In this document: in pieces, positions 1 through 11,851 of the stretch
How positions within the stretch are numbered: the stretch's first letter is position 1
How the letters are laid out: each line of letters begins with the position of its first letter
Source: Catajapyx aquilonaris
Lineage: Eukaryota
Direction of reading: 5' to 3'
Assembly: GCA_000934665.2 (NCBI GenBank)
Contig: JYFJ02001981.1
Span: 1 to 64,000 of the forward strand
DNA: 64,000 nucleotides
The notes under the pieces: model-generated
Databases searched by the model: none
Told to the model about the DNA's origin: nothing
Seen by the model: only the letters and a program-made list of their open reading frames with translations
Translations under genes and position numbers: made by a program

Positions 1-809
1 TCATGTTTTTGTCACCCAATACAAGGTCCTAAAAGGATGCTGCATCTGGTAGTTATGGAAACCCTGCGAAATGGACCACCACCGGGGTGGGTCATCGCGG
101 CTCCACGTCCAGATATGATCAGAAGTGTCCAAAGAACAAGTGTACCGAGTTTCATACTTTTGTCACAAAATGCAAAGTTCAACCCCTTAGCACCCGGACT
201 ATAATAGAAATGTTTTAAATAGTTAAACAGTTTTTATGCCGATAAGTGGTAGCATATAGTAATAAAAATTCAAACGTCAGTTTAAAATTAGTGCTTAAAA
301 TGTTATTGAGAGTGATAGACCGTTACCATTCACTCGTCACTCTTCGGAATAATAAATATTACTTATGACGGATTTTTTTTGGCCCTTTAGGAGGGGCTGG
401 CAAAAACATCCAGTAAGTTGTGTTATTATCGAAGTGAAAGAAATAAAAATGCATATGACCCGGTATATGTGTATGGCTGCTCTGGATGACTGTGCTGTCA
501 TTTTGTATTGAATCGAAAAAAAATAATACCCTCATCACACAGGCCATTTGAGGTGGCAAAATGGGGGAAAAGAAGTTAATTTTTTACACTCGTCTTTTCA
601 AAGGTCCACCACCAACAGCGTATTATATGGTGATTCCCCATATCGCAAATGTCCCAAAGGACTGCCAAATGATATGAGACAGTATACAATCTTTTTACAG
701 TTTTTTCTTGCAAAGGACCTCCCGCCACCATGAATTTGTTCCGGATTACTATTCAGGGCAACTCACTATTTTAAAAAGTCCAACATGATGCCAATTTATT
801 ATCTTTCTA

Positions 810-1233
810 CAGGGTGTATCTGAACTCAGTGCCCCGACGTATATGACTGCCTTCCTAGCCACCAGAGGATCGATTTAAGTATAGGAGTCATATGTCTGGG
901 CAGCCTCATTACTGAGATACACTCTTGAGCGATTTTTGCCTAATCGCTCCTTCTGACTTTTAAATAGAATTTTCTGGTGTAACTAGCCAAAGAGGCCTTA
1001 CCACCTGTGGGCAACAAACCAACAAAGTCCGGCCCCCAGACCTTCCAGAGCCTTCTGACTGGGGGAGGGTTTGATGGGTGGCCTAACCGACAGGATATTT
1101 TGTACTACATGTTTGCGGCCAATTATCTCCGTAATGAGGGTGCCCAGACATGTGACTCCTATACTTAAATCGATCCTCTGGTGGCTAGGAAGGCAGTCAT
1201 ATACGTCGGGGCACTGAGTTCAGATACACCCTG
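810..1233. mobile_element. Tc1/mariner-type MITE (424 bp) upstream of T1
   Basis: ~110 bp near-perfect terminal inverted repeats (CAGGGTGTATCTGAACTCAGTGCCCCGACG... at 810; reverse complement ending 1233), flanked by TA at 808-809 and 1234-1235; no ORF. Confidence 0.85.
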
Positions 1234-1328
1234 TATAACTCCACGAAACAAGGGAGACTTTCATAACGACACACTTCATATACTGTATATGCTAAGTATG
1301 CCTACGTGATGTCAGAGATGCAGATAAT

Positions 1329-1393
1329 GTGATGGGACAGATGCTCTGTGACACACCATGAAAAGGCGTGATGCTATAATTATATGATAAAGG
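1329..1393 (+). promoter_or_regulatory. Conserved upstream block shared by T1/T2/T3, with GATA-type site
   Basis: GTGA.GGGACA.ATG...TGTGA.ACA...GAAAAGGCGTGA followed by TGATAA recurs at 1329-1393, 4518-4577 and 11663-11719, each within ~100-210 bp upstream of the paralogue ATG. Function is inferred. Confidence 0.45.
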
Positions 1394-1540
1394 CTACTCA
1401 ATGCTATAGAGCTCACCATGACTGTGAAGTCTCCCCAACGTCCTCATGCAACGTTCACAAAGACGCAATCCAGACCACAATAAGTAATACTGGAAGCAGC
1501 TCCTAGTAATACTACATAAGAGAAGAGCTAAATCATCAAT

Positions 1541-3565
1541 ATGAAACACTTTTTCCATGTGGGATCCAAAATTGCACAGGTACGAAATTACGAGTATGTT
1601 TCTATTACTGTAGTTACGATATTATTGCTTTCTTTATAAGCTTAAATCGATCACTTTCATTTTGGACGCTGTTTATGTTGAAACTATTATAAAGAAAGCC
1701 TTCTGAACATCTGTACGATACATCAATATTATATTAGTGACTACATCAATCTTCACTGATACGTACAAGTGAGAAATACTTTTTCATATTGAACAGATTC
1801 TTACAGCAGTTGCATCATGTCTGGGTCAGGTGTGCGGAGGGGCTGTTCTGGCTTACACTGCTTCAGCAGCACCTTCTCTGATAGTCACTTCCAACACGAC
1901 ATCTAACCCAATGATCATAAATGAGACAGAAGTTGCATGGATTAGTAAGTTGCTGCTTCATTCCTTGTGAATGTGTAAGTGAACAAGTGAAGTGAAGTGT
2001 ATTCAAACTTTACGCCTACAGGTGGCATTGTTCCCATTGGTGCCATCATTGGCAGCATCCTTGGGTCACACCTGCTAGAAATTTTGGGCCGGAGGAGGTG
2101 CATCCTGTGGGTGACAGCTCCTGTCTTCCTCGTTGGATGGATCTTGGTCTCTGCGGCTTACCGTGTGGTCATGATGTATGCGGGCCGAATGCTCACCGGA
2201 TTCGGTTTTGGCCTGTCCATCTCAGCTGCACCCATGATGATCGTGGAGACGGCCGAGGTGTCCATGAGGGGATACTTGGGAGCCCTGCCTCAGGTGATGG
2301 CCAGTATGGGAATCCTCTACAGTTACGCTGCGGGCGTAGCCTTGGATTGGTCCTGGTTGGGTTGGGTCAGCGGGGCAACAGCAATCCCTTACTTCCTCTT
2401 GATGCTGATGGTGCCCGAGTCTCCTGTGTGGTTGCTGTCTCACCGGGGAAGAGAGGAGGCTGTGGAAGCACTCACTTGGCTCAGAGGTGGGCACAGTCAA
2501 GGTGCTGAGAAGGAAGTCAGCGTCATGCAGAGCACAACCGAGGTCAACAATTCTTCCAGTGGACCGGCGTTGCTTCTTCTTAGACAGCTGCCATATCTCA
2601 AGCCTTTCCTGATCGCCATTGGTCTCATGATCTTCCAGCAACTGTCGGGGATAACTGTTGTCATATTTAACATAGTAACAATATTCCAGGTTGGTATTGC
2701 ACGCGGTTATACACTGCTCATAATTCAGAATTTCCTCATTTTCAATTTCCTTTTGATGGGGCTGTCGGGCCACATTGGTTATAGCAAATGTTGTAGGGAT
2801 CGTGTACTGCATTTGGTGATTTGTAAATAGGACGCTCATAATATTATCAGTGTCTTCTTATCAGACTTGCGTGATTTCAAAAATTACCTGTAATATTATA
2901 GGCTCACAGCCCCACACATTCTTCGCGTTATTACTGGTGCGTAGAAAATCTTCTCAGCCAATATTCTCTACTTTTGATTTCAGAATGCCGAAAGTTCTTT
3001 ACATCCTCAATTTGCAACTGCGTTGGTCGGACTAGTTCAATTAATTGCCACGATTGGAGGCGCGGTGTTGGTGGACCGGGTTGGAAGACGTCCACTGCTA
3101 ACCATATCTTCCTTCTTCATGGCTGTGTCCATGTCTGTGCTGGGTGGCTTCTTCTACATGAATGAATACAGCAAGAACACTCTAGGATGGCTGCCTGCCG
3201 TCATCCTGATCGTGTACGTGATCGCCTTCTCCATAGGATATGGACCTTTGGCATGGCTGGTAGCAGCTGAATTACTGCCCTTCGAGATCAGGACTGCGGT
3301 CAGTCCCTTGGCTGTTGCAGTCAACTGGATCTGTGTCTTTGGCGTAACTTTCTCATTCACGTCACTCGTTAGTAGTATACACCAATACGGTGCATTTTGG
3401 CTTTACGGTGCAATGGCTGCGGTGGGGGTACCTTTCAGTTTATTTTGCGTGCCAGAAACTAAGGGACTCGGGCATGACGACATCAAAAGAATCTTTCATG
3501 GATCACCCCCAGTGGAACACCAAAACGAGGGAGAAATACTGCCAACTACGGTGCCAACACATTGA
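1541..3565 (+). CDS. T1: MFS sugar-porter, facilitated trehalose transporter Tret1-like (478 aa)
   Basis: join(1541..1579,1797..1944,2022..2689,2984..3565); GT-AG introns of phase 0/1/0, open frame. Motifs GRRR, ETAEVSMRG, PESP, QQLSG, DRVGRR, GYGPLAW, PETKG; about 12 hydrophobic segments; AATAAA at 3729. Confidence 0.93.
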
Positions 3566-3878
3566 TTGGCATCGTTATCCTATCGTCATCTCTTGCATGC
3601 TCACAAAATGTATATGTGATGCGTGTCATTATGATAGTATGCTAAACTTGTTATAACTTTTACAGTGCTGCAGTACTACTGTACTGTTGTGGCGAGCAGT
3701 TATTGCTTCCCCCTTGTATACTGCACAGAATAAAGAATATAATATAATGAAGTTTCCAGTAGCCACAAAGTAGCTTAATATTCAGTTATTGTAACATCCT
3801 CGTTTGGCTAAAAAAAAATTAATGGCCAAAGCCTATTTATTTCGATCCCGTACGAGTATATCGGCCATATTATGTTAA

Positions 3879-3994
3879 CCTCCTGAGACCTGATGTGCAA
3901 TATACTGGACATCAGCAAAAAAAGGCGTCAATTTCAGTTGACACCTTTTCATTTTTGCTGATGTCCAATATATTGGACATCAGGTCTCAGGAGG
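3879..3994. mobile_element. piggyBac-like palindromic MITE (116 bp)
   Basis: TTAA(3875-78)|CCTCCTGAGACCTGATGT...ACATCAGGTCTCAGGAGG|TTAA(3995-98); almost the whole element is one inverted repeat. Confidence 0.75.
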
Positions 3995-4677
3995 TTAAAT
4001 AACGTCACAATAACATCGGTTTGGGGGTACACAAATCCGTCGTAAATGAATATTTGGCCATTTAATGCTTGATTTAATGGGGACCTTATTACCGAGGCCC
4101 TAGCTCCGGCAATGTATTGTACGGTATGTCATATGTTGCAGATCACCCTGTCGTACCGCCCTATGGAATGTCGGATGAATCGAATGCTGGCCATCCAAGA
4201 CGTAGCACTCTCTGGCGGTGGTATAGTTGCTCGTCGTTCATGACCCTCCAGACAATAACAATTCACAGCAGCAGATGCACTTCGCCCATAAAACCAACTA
4301 CACTACATATTAATGATATTATACCAACATAGCCTAATACGTGTAAATGAGTAAGGTCCATGAAACTGAATTTTAAACACTGGTCTAACCGCTCTCAATA
4401 ATTTATCTCCATATAGGGACCTTCGTAACTCCATGAAGCAAGGGTAAACTTGCAAACACATAACTTACCTCATATCTGCTAAGTGTCCCGATATGATATG
4501 TCAGGGAGGCAGATAAAGTGAAGGGACATATGCTTTGTGATACATGATGAAAAGGCGTGATGACCTTTTGATAAGAGATTCACTGACTATGTACTACTGG
4601 ATCCCATATGCACAATGTACTCTCACAACGTGCCCGACGGATCAAACCAGCCCACATTATAAGCTGAAACCATCAAC

Positions 4678-7023
4678 ATGAAGTACATTTTCCGTGTAGG
4701 ATCCAAATATGCGCAGGTACATTGTTATTTCTGATACAATATCTTTGTCATGTCCACTAAACTCTAACAAGTAAGCTTCCAACATCAAGTACGGTACATA
4801 ATATGCCGGCTTTCATCACTATTTTGTTACAAACTGGAAGCCACATTTTTACTGTCTTGTTACATCATGACGGTTACTTGGAATGTTGTCACCTACATTA
4901 TTTTATATGCCTGAAATTGCATGATAGGCTTATTGAACATCTGACATAAATCAATAATATTAGTGACTGTACGTAATTATCTTCACTGTTACAAGTAAGC
5001 AATACTTTATTTTTCACTTGAAATAAGCAGATTCTTACAGCAGTTGCAGCCTGCCTGGGCCAGGTGTGCGGAGGGTCTGTTCTGGCTTACACTTCTTCAG
5101 CAGGACCTTCTCTGATGGACACTTCCGACACGGCATCTAACCCAATGATCATAGATACGCCACAGGTTGACTGGATTAGTAAGTTGCTCAAGTCTCATTC
5201 CTGTAATTTATACATAAGTGAAGTGCAGCATACTCAACTGTCTGTGAGATAATCTTGACACTGGCAATACTACCATCTATTCAGTCACCAAAGACTGATT
5301 GTTATGAGAAGTTTAGTTCAATAGAGTTGTTGCATAGCTTATAATAAAATAAGCTGCCAGTATTGATATCAGTGGACAGCTATCCAGAAAGTCATCAGGC
5401 GAGCGACAGGCGTTCAATGGTGTTATACATTGAGACATCCACTGTCACTCTTTAATAATGAGAGATGCATTGTTTCCAGGTAGCATTGTTCCCATTGGTG
5501 CCGTAGTTGGCAGCATTGTTGGGTCACACCTGTTGGAAATTTTGGGCCGAAGGAGGTGCATCCTGTGGGTGACAACTCCTGTCTTCCTCGTTGGATGGAT
5601 ATTGGTCTCTGCAGCTGTACACTTGGCCATGATGTATGTGGGCCGACTGCTCACCGGATTTGGCCTAGGTCTGTCCATCTCAGCAGCGCCCATGATGGTC
5701 GTGGAGACGGCCGAGGTGTCCATGAGGGGATATTTGGGATCCCTGCCTCAGGTGATGACCACGTTAGGAGTCCTTTACAGTTATGGCGCCGGCGCTGCTT
5801 TGGATTGGTCCTGGTTGGGTTGGGTGAGCGGGGCAACAGCAATCCCTTACTTCCTCTTGATGCTGATGGTGCCCGAGTCTCCTGTGTGGTTGCTGTCTCA
5901 CCGGGGAAGAGAGGAGGCTCTGGAGGCGCTGACTTGGCTCAGAGGTGGAGACAGTCAAGGCGCTGAGAAGGAAGTCAGCGCCATCCAGAGCAGCGCAACC
6001 GAGGCCAACAGTTCTTCCAGTGGACCGGCGTTGCTGCTTCTTCGACAGCTACCGTACCTCAAGCCTTTCTTGATCGCCGTTGGTCTCATGTTCTTCCAGC
6101 AACTGTCGGGGATCTGTGCTGTTATATTTAACACCGTAACAATATTCCAGGTAGGTAACCCTCAGTTACTTATGGGCATAATACAGGAATCCCATTCACT
6201 GTAATTTCCTTATGATGGGGGTGGTAACATTGGGTAGAAAATAAAGTTGTAATTTTCATCATCTATACGCTTGAATGTAACTATTATTTGTAAATAAGAT
6301 ATTATGCTCAACGTCTTCTTGTCAAACCTGCTCGGGTTTCAAACATTAGGCCTACTGTTCGTATTACGCCCATACATTCATCATGCTATGACTGATGTGT
6401 AAAAAATCTTCTTAACTAATATTAGTTACCTATGATTTCAGGATGCAAAAAGTTCTTTAGATCCTCACATTTCCACTGTTTTGGTCGGACTAGTTCAATT
6501 AATTGCCACGATTGGAGGCGCGGTGTTGGTGGAGCGGGTTGGAAGACGTCCACTGCTGACCATATCTTCATTCTTCATGGCTGTGTCCATGTCTGTTCTG
6601 GGTGGCTTCTTCTACATGAATGAATACAGCAAGAACGCTCCAGGATGGCTGCCTATCGTCAGCCTGATCGTGTACATGATTGCCTTCTCCATTGGATATG
6701 GGCCTTTGGCATGGCTCGTAGGAGCTGAATTACTGCCCTACGAGATCATGACTGCCGTTAATCCCTTGGCTGTTGCAGTCAACTGGGGCTGTGTCTTTGG
6801 CGTGACCTTCTCATTCAATTCACTTGTTAACAGCATACACCAATACGGTGCATTTTGGCTTTATGGTGCAGTGGCTGTAGCAGGCGTACCTTTCAGTTAC
6901 TTTTGCGTGCCAGAAACGAAGGGACTCTCGCATGACGATATCAAGAGAATTTTTCATGGATCTCCTCCACCGGATCACTCAAATGAGGGAGAAATATTTC
7001 CAACTACGGTGCCAAAATATTGA
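4678..7023 (+). CDS. T2: Tret1-like sugar porter (479 aa)
   Basis: join(4678..4716,5031..5178,5480..6150,6442..7023); exon 1 MKYIFRVGSKYAQ; same intron positions and SP motifs as T1; AATAAA at 7202. Confidence 0.93.
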
Positions 7024-8863
7024 ATGGCATTTTTATCATCATCATCTCTTGTATATTTTCATAATATATTATCTGTGATGCATACCTACTGTATATAAGT
7101 GTACTTATGTATCGGCGTGTTATAACGTTTATAATTCTGCTGTAGCACTACTGCATTGTGATGTGACAGTTATATTACCAATTTTATATTGGCCTCAAGC
7201 TAATAAATAATATTCAGACTACTTTTCAAAAGCATAATTTATGAAACTGCATTCCTTGCACCCAAAAATAATGTCATGAAATACAGGTGATCCCACAAGA
7301 AAGAACCTACTCTTACAGAAATTTCACTTGATTGTCTGACGATCACTGACCACAAAGTCTGGGTAACGTGTAGCATTACATGATAGACACTTTCTCTTTC
7401 TCTAGAATTTAGCGTGTATGTAGAGGGAATAATGGAGCTCCAGTGATTTATTTAAAAATAAAATTTCAGAACTGATGCTGCTGACAAATAGAGGCAAGTT
7501 CTTCGGTAGATCCACTGGTCACGAGTCATGCAGCACGGCACTAGGGATGGGAGTTTTTCCGCCTCACTAGCTAAGGCCTAATGAATTTCATAAGGAAGCA
7601 TTCGAGATTAGAGCCTACTAGTGATGTATTGAAATTTCACACCAAAAGTGATGACTGTGGGAGTGGCTCAAGCCCTCAAGTTCCCAACGTACTCTACCAC
7701 CTATCAAAGAATGTTCATGTTAAAAGTATCCTGGAGCTTTGCAACCACCAAAATTATCGGCAGCCAATGTGTACAAACCTCAGAGTAGGGAATATAATGG
7801 TATATACAAACCTTTACTCTGTCCGGCAGAGCTGTTAGTGTAAAATTCCGTAAACATTCGTTTTTGATATGTCTGGAACTCTGGAAGGTACCTGCAGCAC
7901 CAATGGCCACTTTCAAGAATATCAACTCAGAAAGAAGTGAAACTACAGTCCCACGACACCGGCAGTACACAGTACAGTATGTGGCTGATATAAAGTCACT
8001 TATAGGCTATCATAGGTGTAGGCCTACTTATTGGTTGTTTTCCACTCCTGTAAGTAAGAAAAAAAATGGAGAAGCAAGATACCCATGAGTAGCATATACT
8101 CTTTATTACCAGAAAAGAAACATGTGGAGTGGAGAACAATGTTCCAATTTGCATGTTGCCTATTCACCTCTGTACGCAGCTCCTTTAGTACCAATGTTCT
8201 ATGTATCGTAGATAACGGTTGTCATAAATGAAATATTGATCCTCTCACATTGATTAAAACTGCTCCTTGCCTATACTGTAATGACAAGGCAGTGCAATTT
8301 ATAATTATACTGGCAATAACACCTGTGCTTTTTGGTGGATGCCTTGTACAAAAAATTACATATCGGCGGTGTTATCTTTACCTGATTTCGCACTGTTCAT
8401 AAGGCAGAAGGATCTTATCGCAATCCGTTCAAAGTGTATCTCCCTTGAGCACAAAGTAATATCTGGTAATATGCTCTACAACGTCGGATATTTCTGCTGA
8501 GAGCAAAATGGAATTTTTTCAGAATGCCATTGTTACAGTTACCTAGTTTTTAATTACTGTAATACATTCAACTTCAAAGGCATAATATACAGTATAGTAA
8601 GTTTTGTGATAGTGTGGTACCACACTGATTCTCGTCTCTAAAGATATGTCTATAATAGGTCCTGATGAGTACAAACGTAATATTTGGAATTTTTGATAAC
8701 GCATAGGTAGCGTCAACATAATATTGCGTCAATCGTGTAAACCAAAAAGCAATAATATGGAGCTTACAATATTCAGCAAGACAAATCAGAGACAAATGTA
8801 CCCTCATCAAAATAGGTTATGTAAATGGAAAAGATGGTGCACTCGGATGAGCATCCTGACTGT

Positions 8864-9162
8864 GGGTGATAGCTTTCATCTTTATGGTTATTATTCCGGC
8901 TAATAATCCGAACAGAGGGACTTTGACCTTCGTCCAGGTAAGTTATATCGCACGGACCTTTATTTTATTTTTTTACCAGGATATGTCGGACCTTTGTACG
9001 AAGAGCTCCGGTATGCGGGCGGGGTTGAGGGATGGGAGAGAACGTGCAAGGTGGAATAAGTCATTTATATCCCATTTTGTGAGTTTCCCGTGTGGTTAGT
9101 CTTAAGGGATCCCACCCGAGACGAAGCCAGACACGACCCAACTCTGTACGAGTTGAAAGGGA
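8864..9162 (-). mobile_element. 5'-truncated copy of SINE family 1
   Basis: CCACCCGAGACGAAGCCAGA..GACCCAACTCTG.ACGAG matches the core of the SINEs at 22745, 37104 and 47590; GGACCTTTATT and GGGTGATAGCTTTCA match the 3' part of the 47590 copy; tRNA head absent. Confidence 0.65.
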
Positions 9163-11321
9163 AATCATGTAGCCTACCAATTTACTGTAATTTTATGCAA
9201 CAAAAAGAAGATAGTCGCATTGTTATAATTGTTATAATTTTATTGTGCAATTGTTGCATTGAAGTACCGTAATACACAGAGATGGACTCATTAGAGATTA
9301 GACAACAAAATAATATAACCTGGAACCACAATAAGATTGCATCAGATAAAAATGTACGCACGTACCTTATCATATGCGAAACTCTTTCGGTACGATGTCA
9401 CTTGCCTCGATACTTGTAAACACCTGATTACTGTATAGGAACATGTTAGTATGTTTGTACAGTACATCATCACTAAAGGAAAACCTTATAAAGCACTTCC
9501 TCTCCCCTCCTTCTGAGGGCGTTTGGCTCTAAGAAATCATGTTGAAAGAATTTTCTTCAAAAACTATAACACACAGCGATATGAATAGTCCAGGTCTTTA
9601 GCTATACTCACTACTACGCACAACCACTGTGTCGGTCGGACATTGTCGAACTGTCGCCATATATTTTCAGCCTACATAGTATTTCTTTGTATACTGTATT
9701 ATTTATTCCCTCCAGCATACAAAGACATGTAATCACCCTCACTTGTTGAGTCTGGAGAACCGAATGGATAATAGTCTACTGTAGTCTACAATGCGGTGAG
9801 TCAGGACCTCATGAAGTTGGATCAGATGCATCTTGAAATGTCGTCATTCAAAATGATTAACCGACAGGGGATTTCAGACACTTTTTGTCCAGATGATAAT
9901 ACCGTAGCCTACTACATGACCGGTAAAGTCAATGTTCAGCCTCTTATCAACATGCGCGCAAGTTATACAGTCTTGGGGAAATCACATATTTACCTAATTC
10001 AGATAGCTAGAGTGTCTAATCATGCACACTGCGATTGTTTAGATTGCACAGCAGCTTAAACCGGATTTTGCCAACTGAGTGGGGAAGTCTGTGATGTAAT
10101 GCAAGATCAATGAGTTCAGATTCAGTTTAATCATGTCGATATCTCATCGACCAAACCAGACAGCTCACAAATGATTTTTTTTTGCCTTATGCACAAAAAG
10201 GACAAAAAAAAAATCCAAGTGTTCTTATTTTTAGATGTTTCGTTTTCCACCATAGGAGTGATAGACATAATAATTTCAATGTGTTAGCAGCACAATCAAT
10301 CATCTAAGAGTAAGCAATATGTCTTTCTCTTTATTACACGCTGCGTAATTAATTTTGTCGCATAACATGCCTGATTTATTCGAGCAGGAACTCACATAAC
10401 TTCCAAGTAGCTGAATCCGAAGATTTTACCTTACCCGAGGCCGCTTAGACGACATGGGAAAGCCTTGTTTGTGTTTCAGTCAACCAGATAGCACACATTT
10501 CCTACTGATAGGGTTTATCAGTGATGAACCATAAGATAACCTACTATAATGTTTGTTATTTAAAAAAAACTACACTTCATTATGAACAAATGAACTCACA
10601 TTAAACTGGGAATGGTCTTTCCTGCTAAAGTCACAGTACACCATCTTCTGGTGTATCTTCAACCTGGATATAAATGTCGTCACATTTTTGACCACCTCTA
10701 AATAAGGAACAAAGAGGGAGACTGCTGAATGGGCAGAAGGGGTCTGCGCACAGGTAACTCTGGGACGGTCTTGGTACTAGTCCTATAGAATTAATCCTTC
10801 AGATTATCTAATGAGATCCGGCCTTGTACCCCATGCTATTGGCCGATTCGAAGGACAAGATAGTACAGTACAAGAACTGCCCCTGGTACGCCCGTGGGTA
10901 GCCTTCGTAAATGAGAATTTCCGAATATTCATTTACAAGCTCAATCAGTTATTAGCTCTTGGCTCCATATGTATTGATGCTGGAATCAAAGAGTTATAGT
11001 AAAATTGTCCAGTTTATTTCAATTTTATAAATATTGTACAGTACCCTACATGTCGCCAGTTCAAGATAAAATAGGCGAATAATATACCGTACTTTACAGC
11101 ACCAAATTCGGCAAATTGCATACCTGCTGTACTACCATAATTATACGAGCACATACGAGTCTGAAACTCTAATTATCCACACTGAGGACATTATAATTAT
11201 CTTCGCGGAAGGAATTTATGGTATATTATGTTACTCTAGTCTTCCTTGTCCAAGTAAACTCGATCAACCGAAACTAACATAACATACAAAAATCATGCCT
11301 ATATTAACAATGGGTAGAATC

Positions 11322-11436
11322 TTGGTAGAATATATTTTCGTCACACAGCTAGTTACTGCTAACTTAGCAGTTCCATTGTTGGCAATGGTACTGCTAAGTT
11401 AGCAATTAACTAGCAGTGGGACGAAAATTCCACCAA
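11322..11436. repeat. ~115 bp imperfect palindrome (probably a decayed MITE) upstream of T3
   Basis: Left arm TTGGTAGAA..TTTTCGTCACACAGCTAGTTACTGCTAACTTAGCAGTTCCATTG is the reverse complement of right arm CAATGGTACTGCTAAGTTAGCAATTAACTAGCAGTGGGACGAAAATTCCACCAA, with a 4-nt loop; no clear TSD. Confidence 0.7.
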
Positions 11437-11851
11437 ATATGATTAAAAATTGTATAGAAGCATTATGCTGGCAGACCTTGGGCACCCGGATGACGTATAA
11501 AAATGTGATAATTTTTTTGTGGGATTTTCCCTTTGTCATATGGAGGGAACGTCTCGTTGGAACCTCCCAGCCCTTGTCTGATTGGCTCCCATCAGGCCTG
11601 TCTGCAAGGCAAAGTGCAGTACCAGTACGTAATGGTCAATATGTGTCAGGGAAGTCGATACGGTGAAGGTACAGATGTGTGATACACGACGAAAAAGCGT
11701 GACGGAATGATGATAAGAGAGTTTACGGGCTATTTAATGCCTGATCCCATGTGAAGTCTTCCACAACATACCCGTACAACGGACGGACACGGCGAGGTGG
11801 AGCAATCCTGCCTCCGATCATTCAACATCTCAGAGAGTGATGGACACCAAC

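Noticed and set aside
1..201. Possible right end of a DNA transposon (...TTAGCACCCGGACTA)
   Set aside because: The other end lies outside the window, so TIR and TSD cannot be verified.
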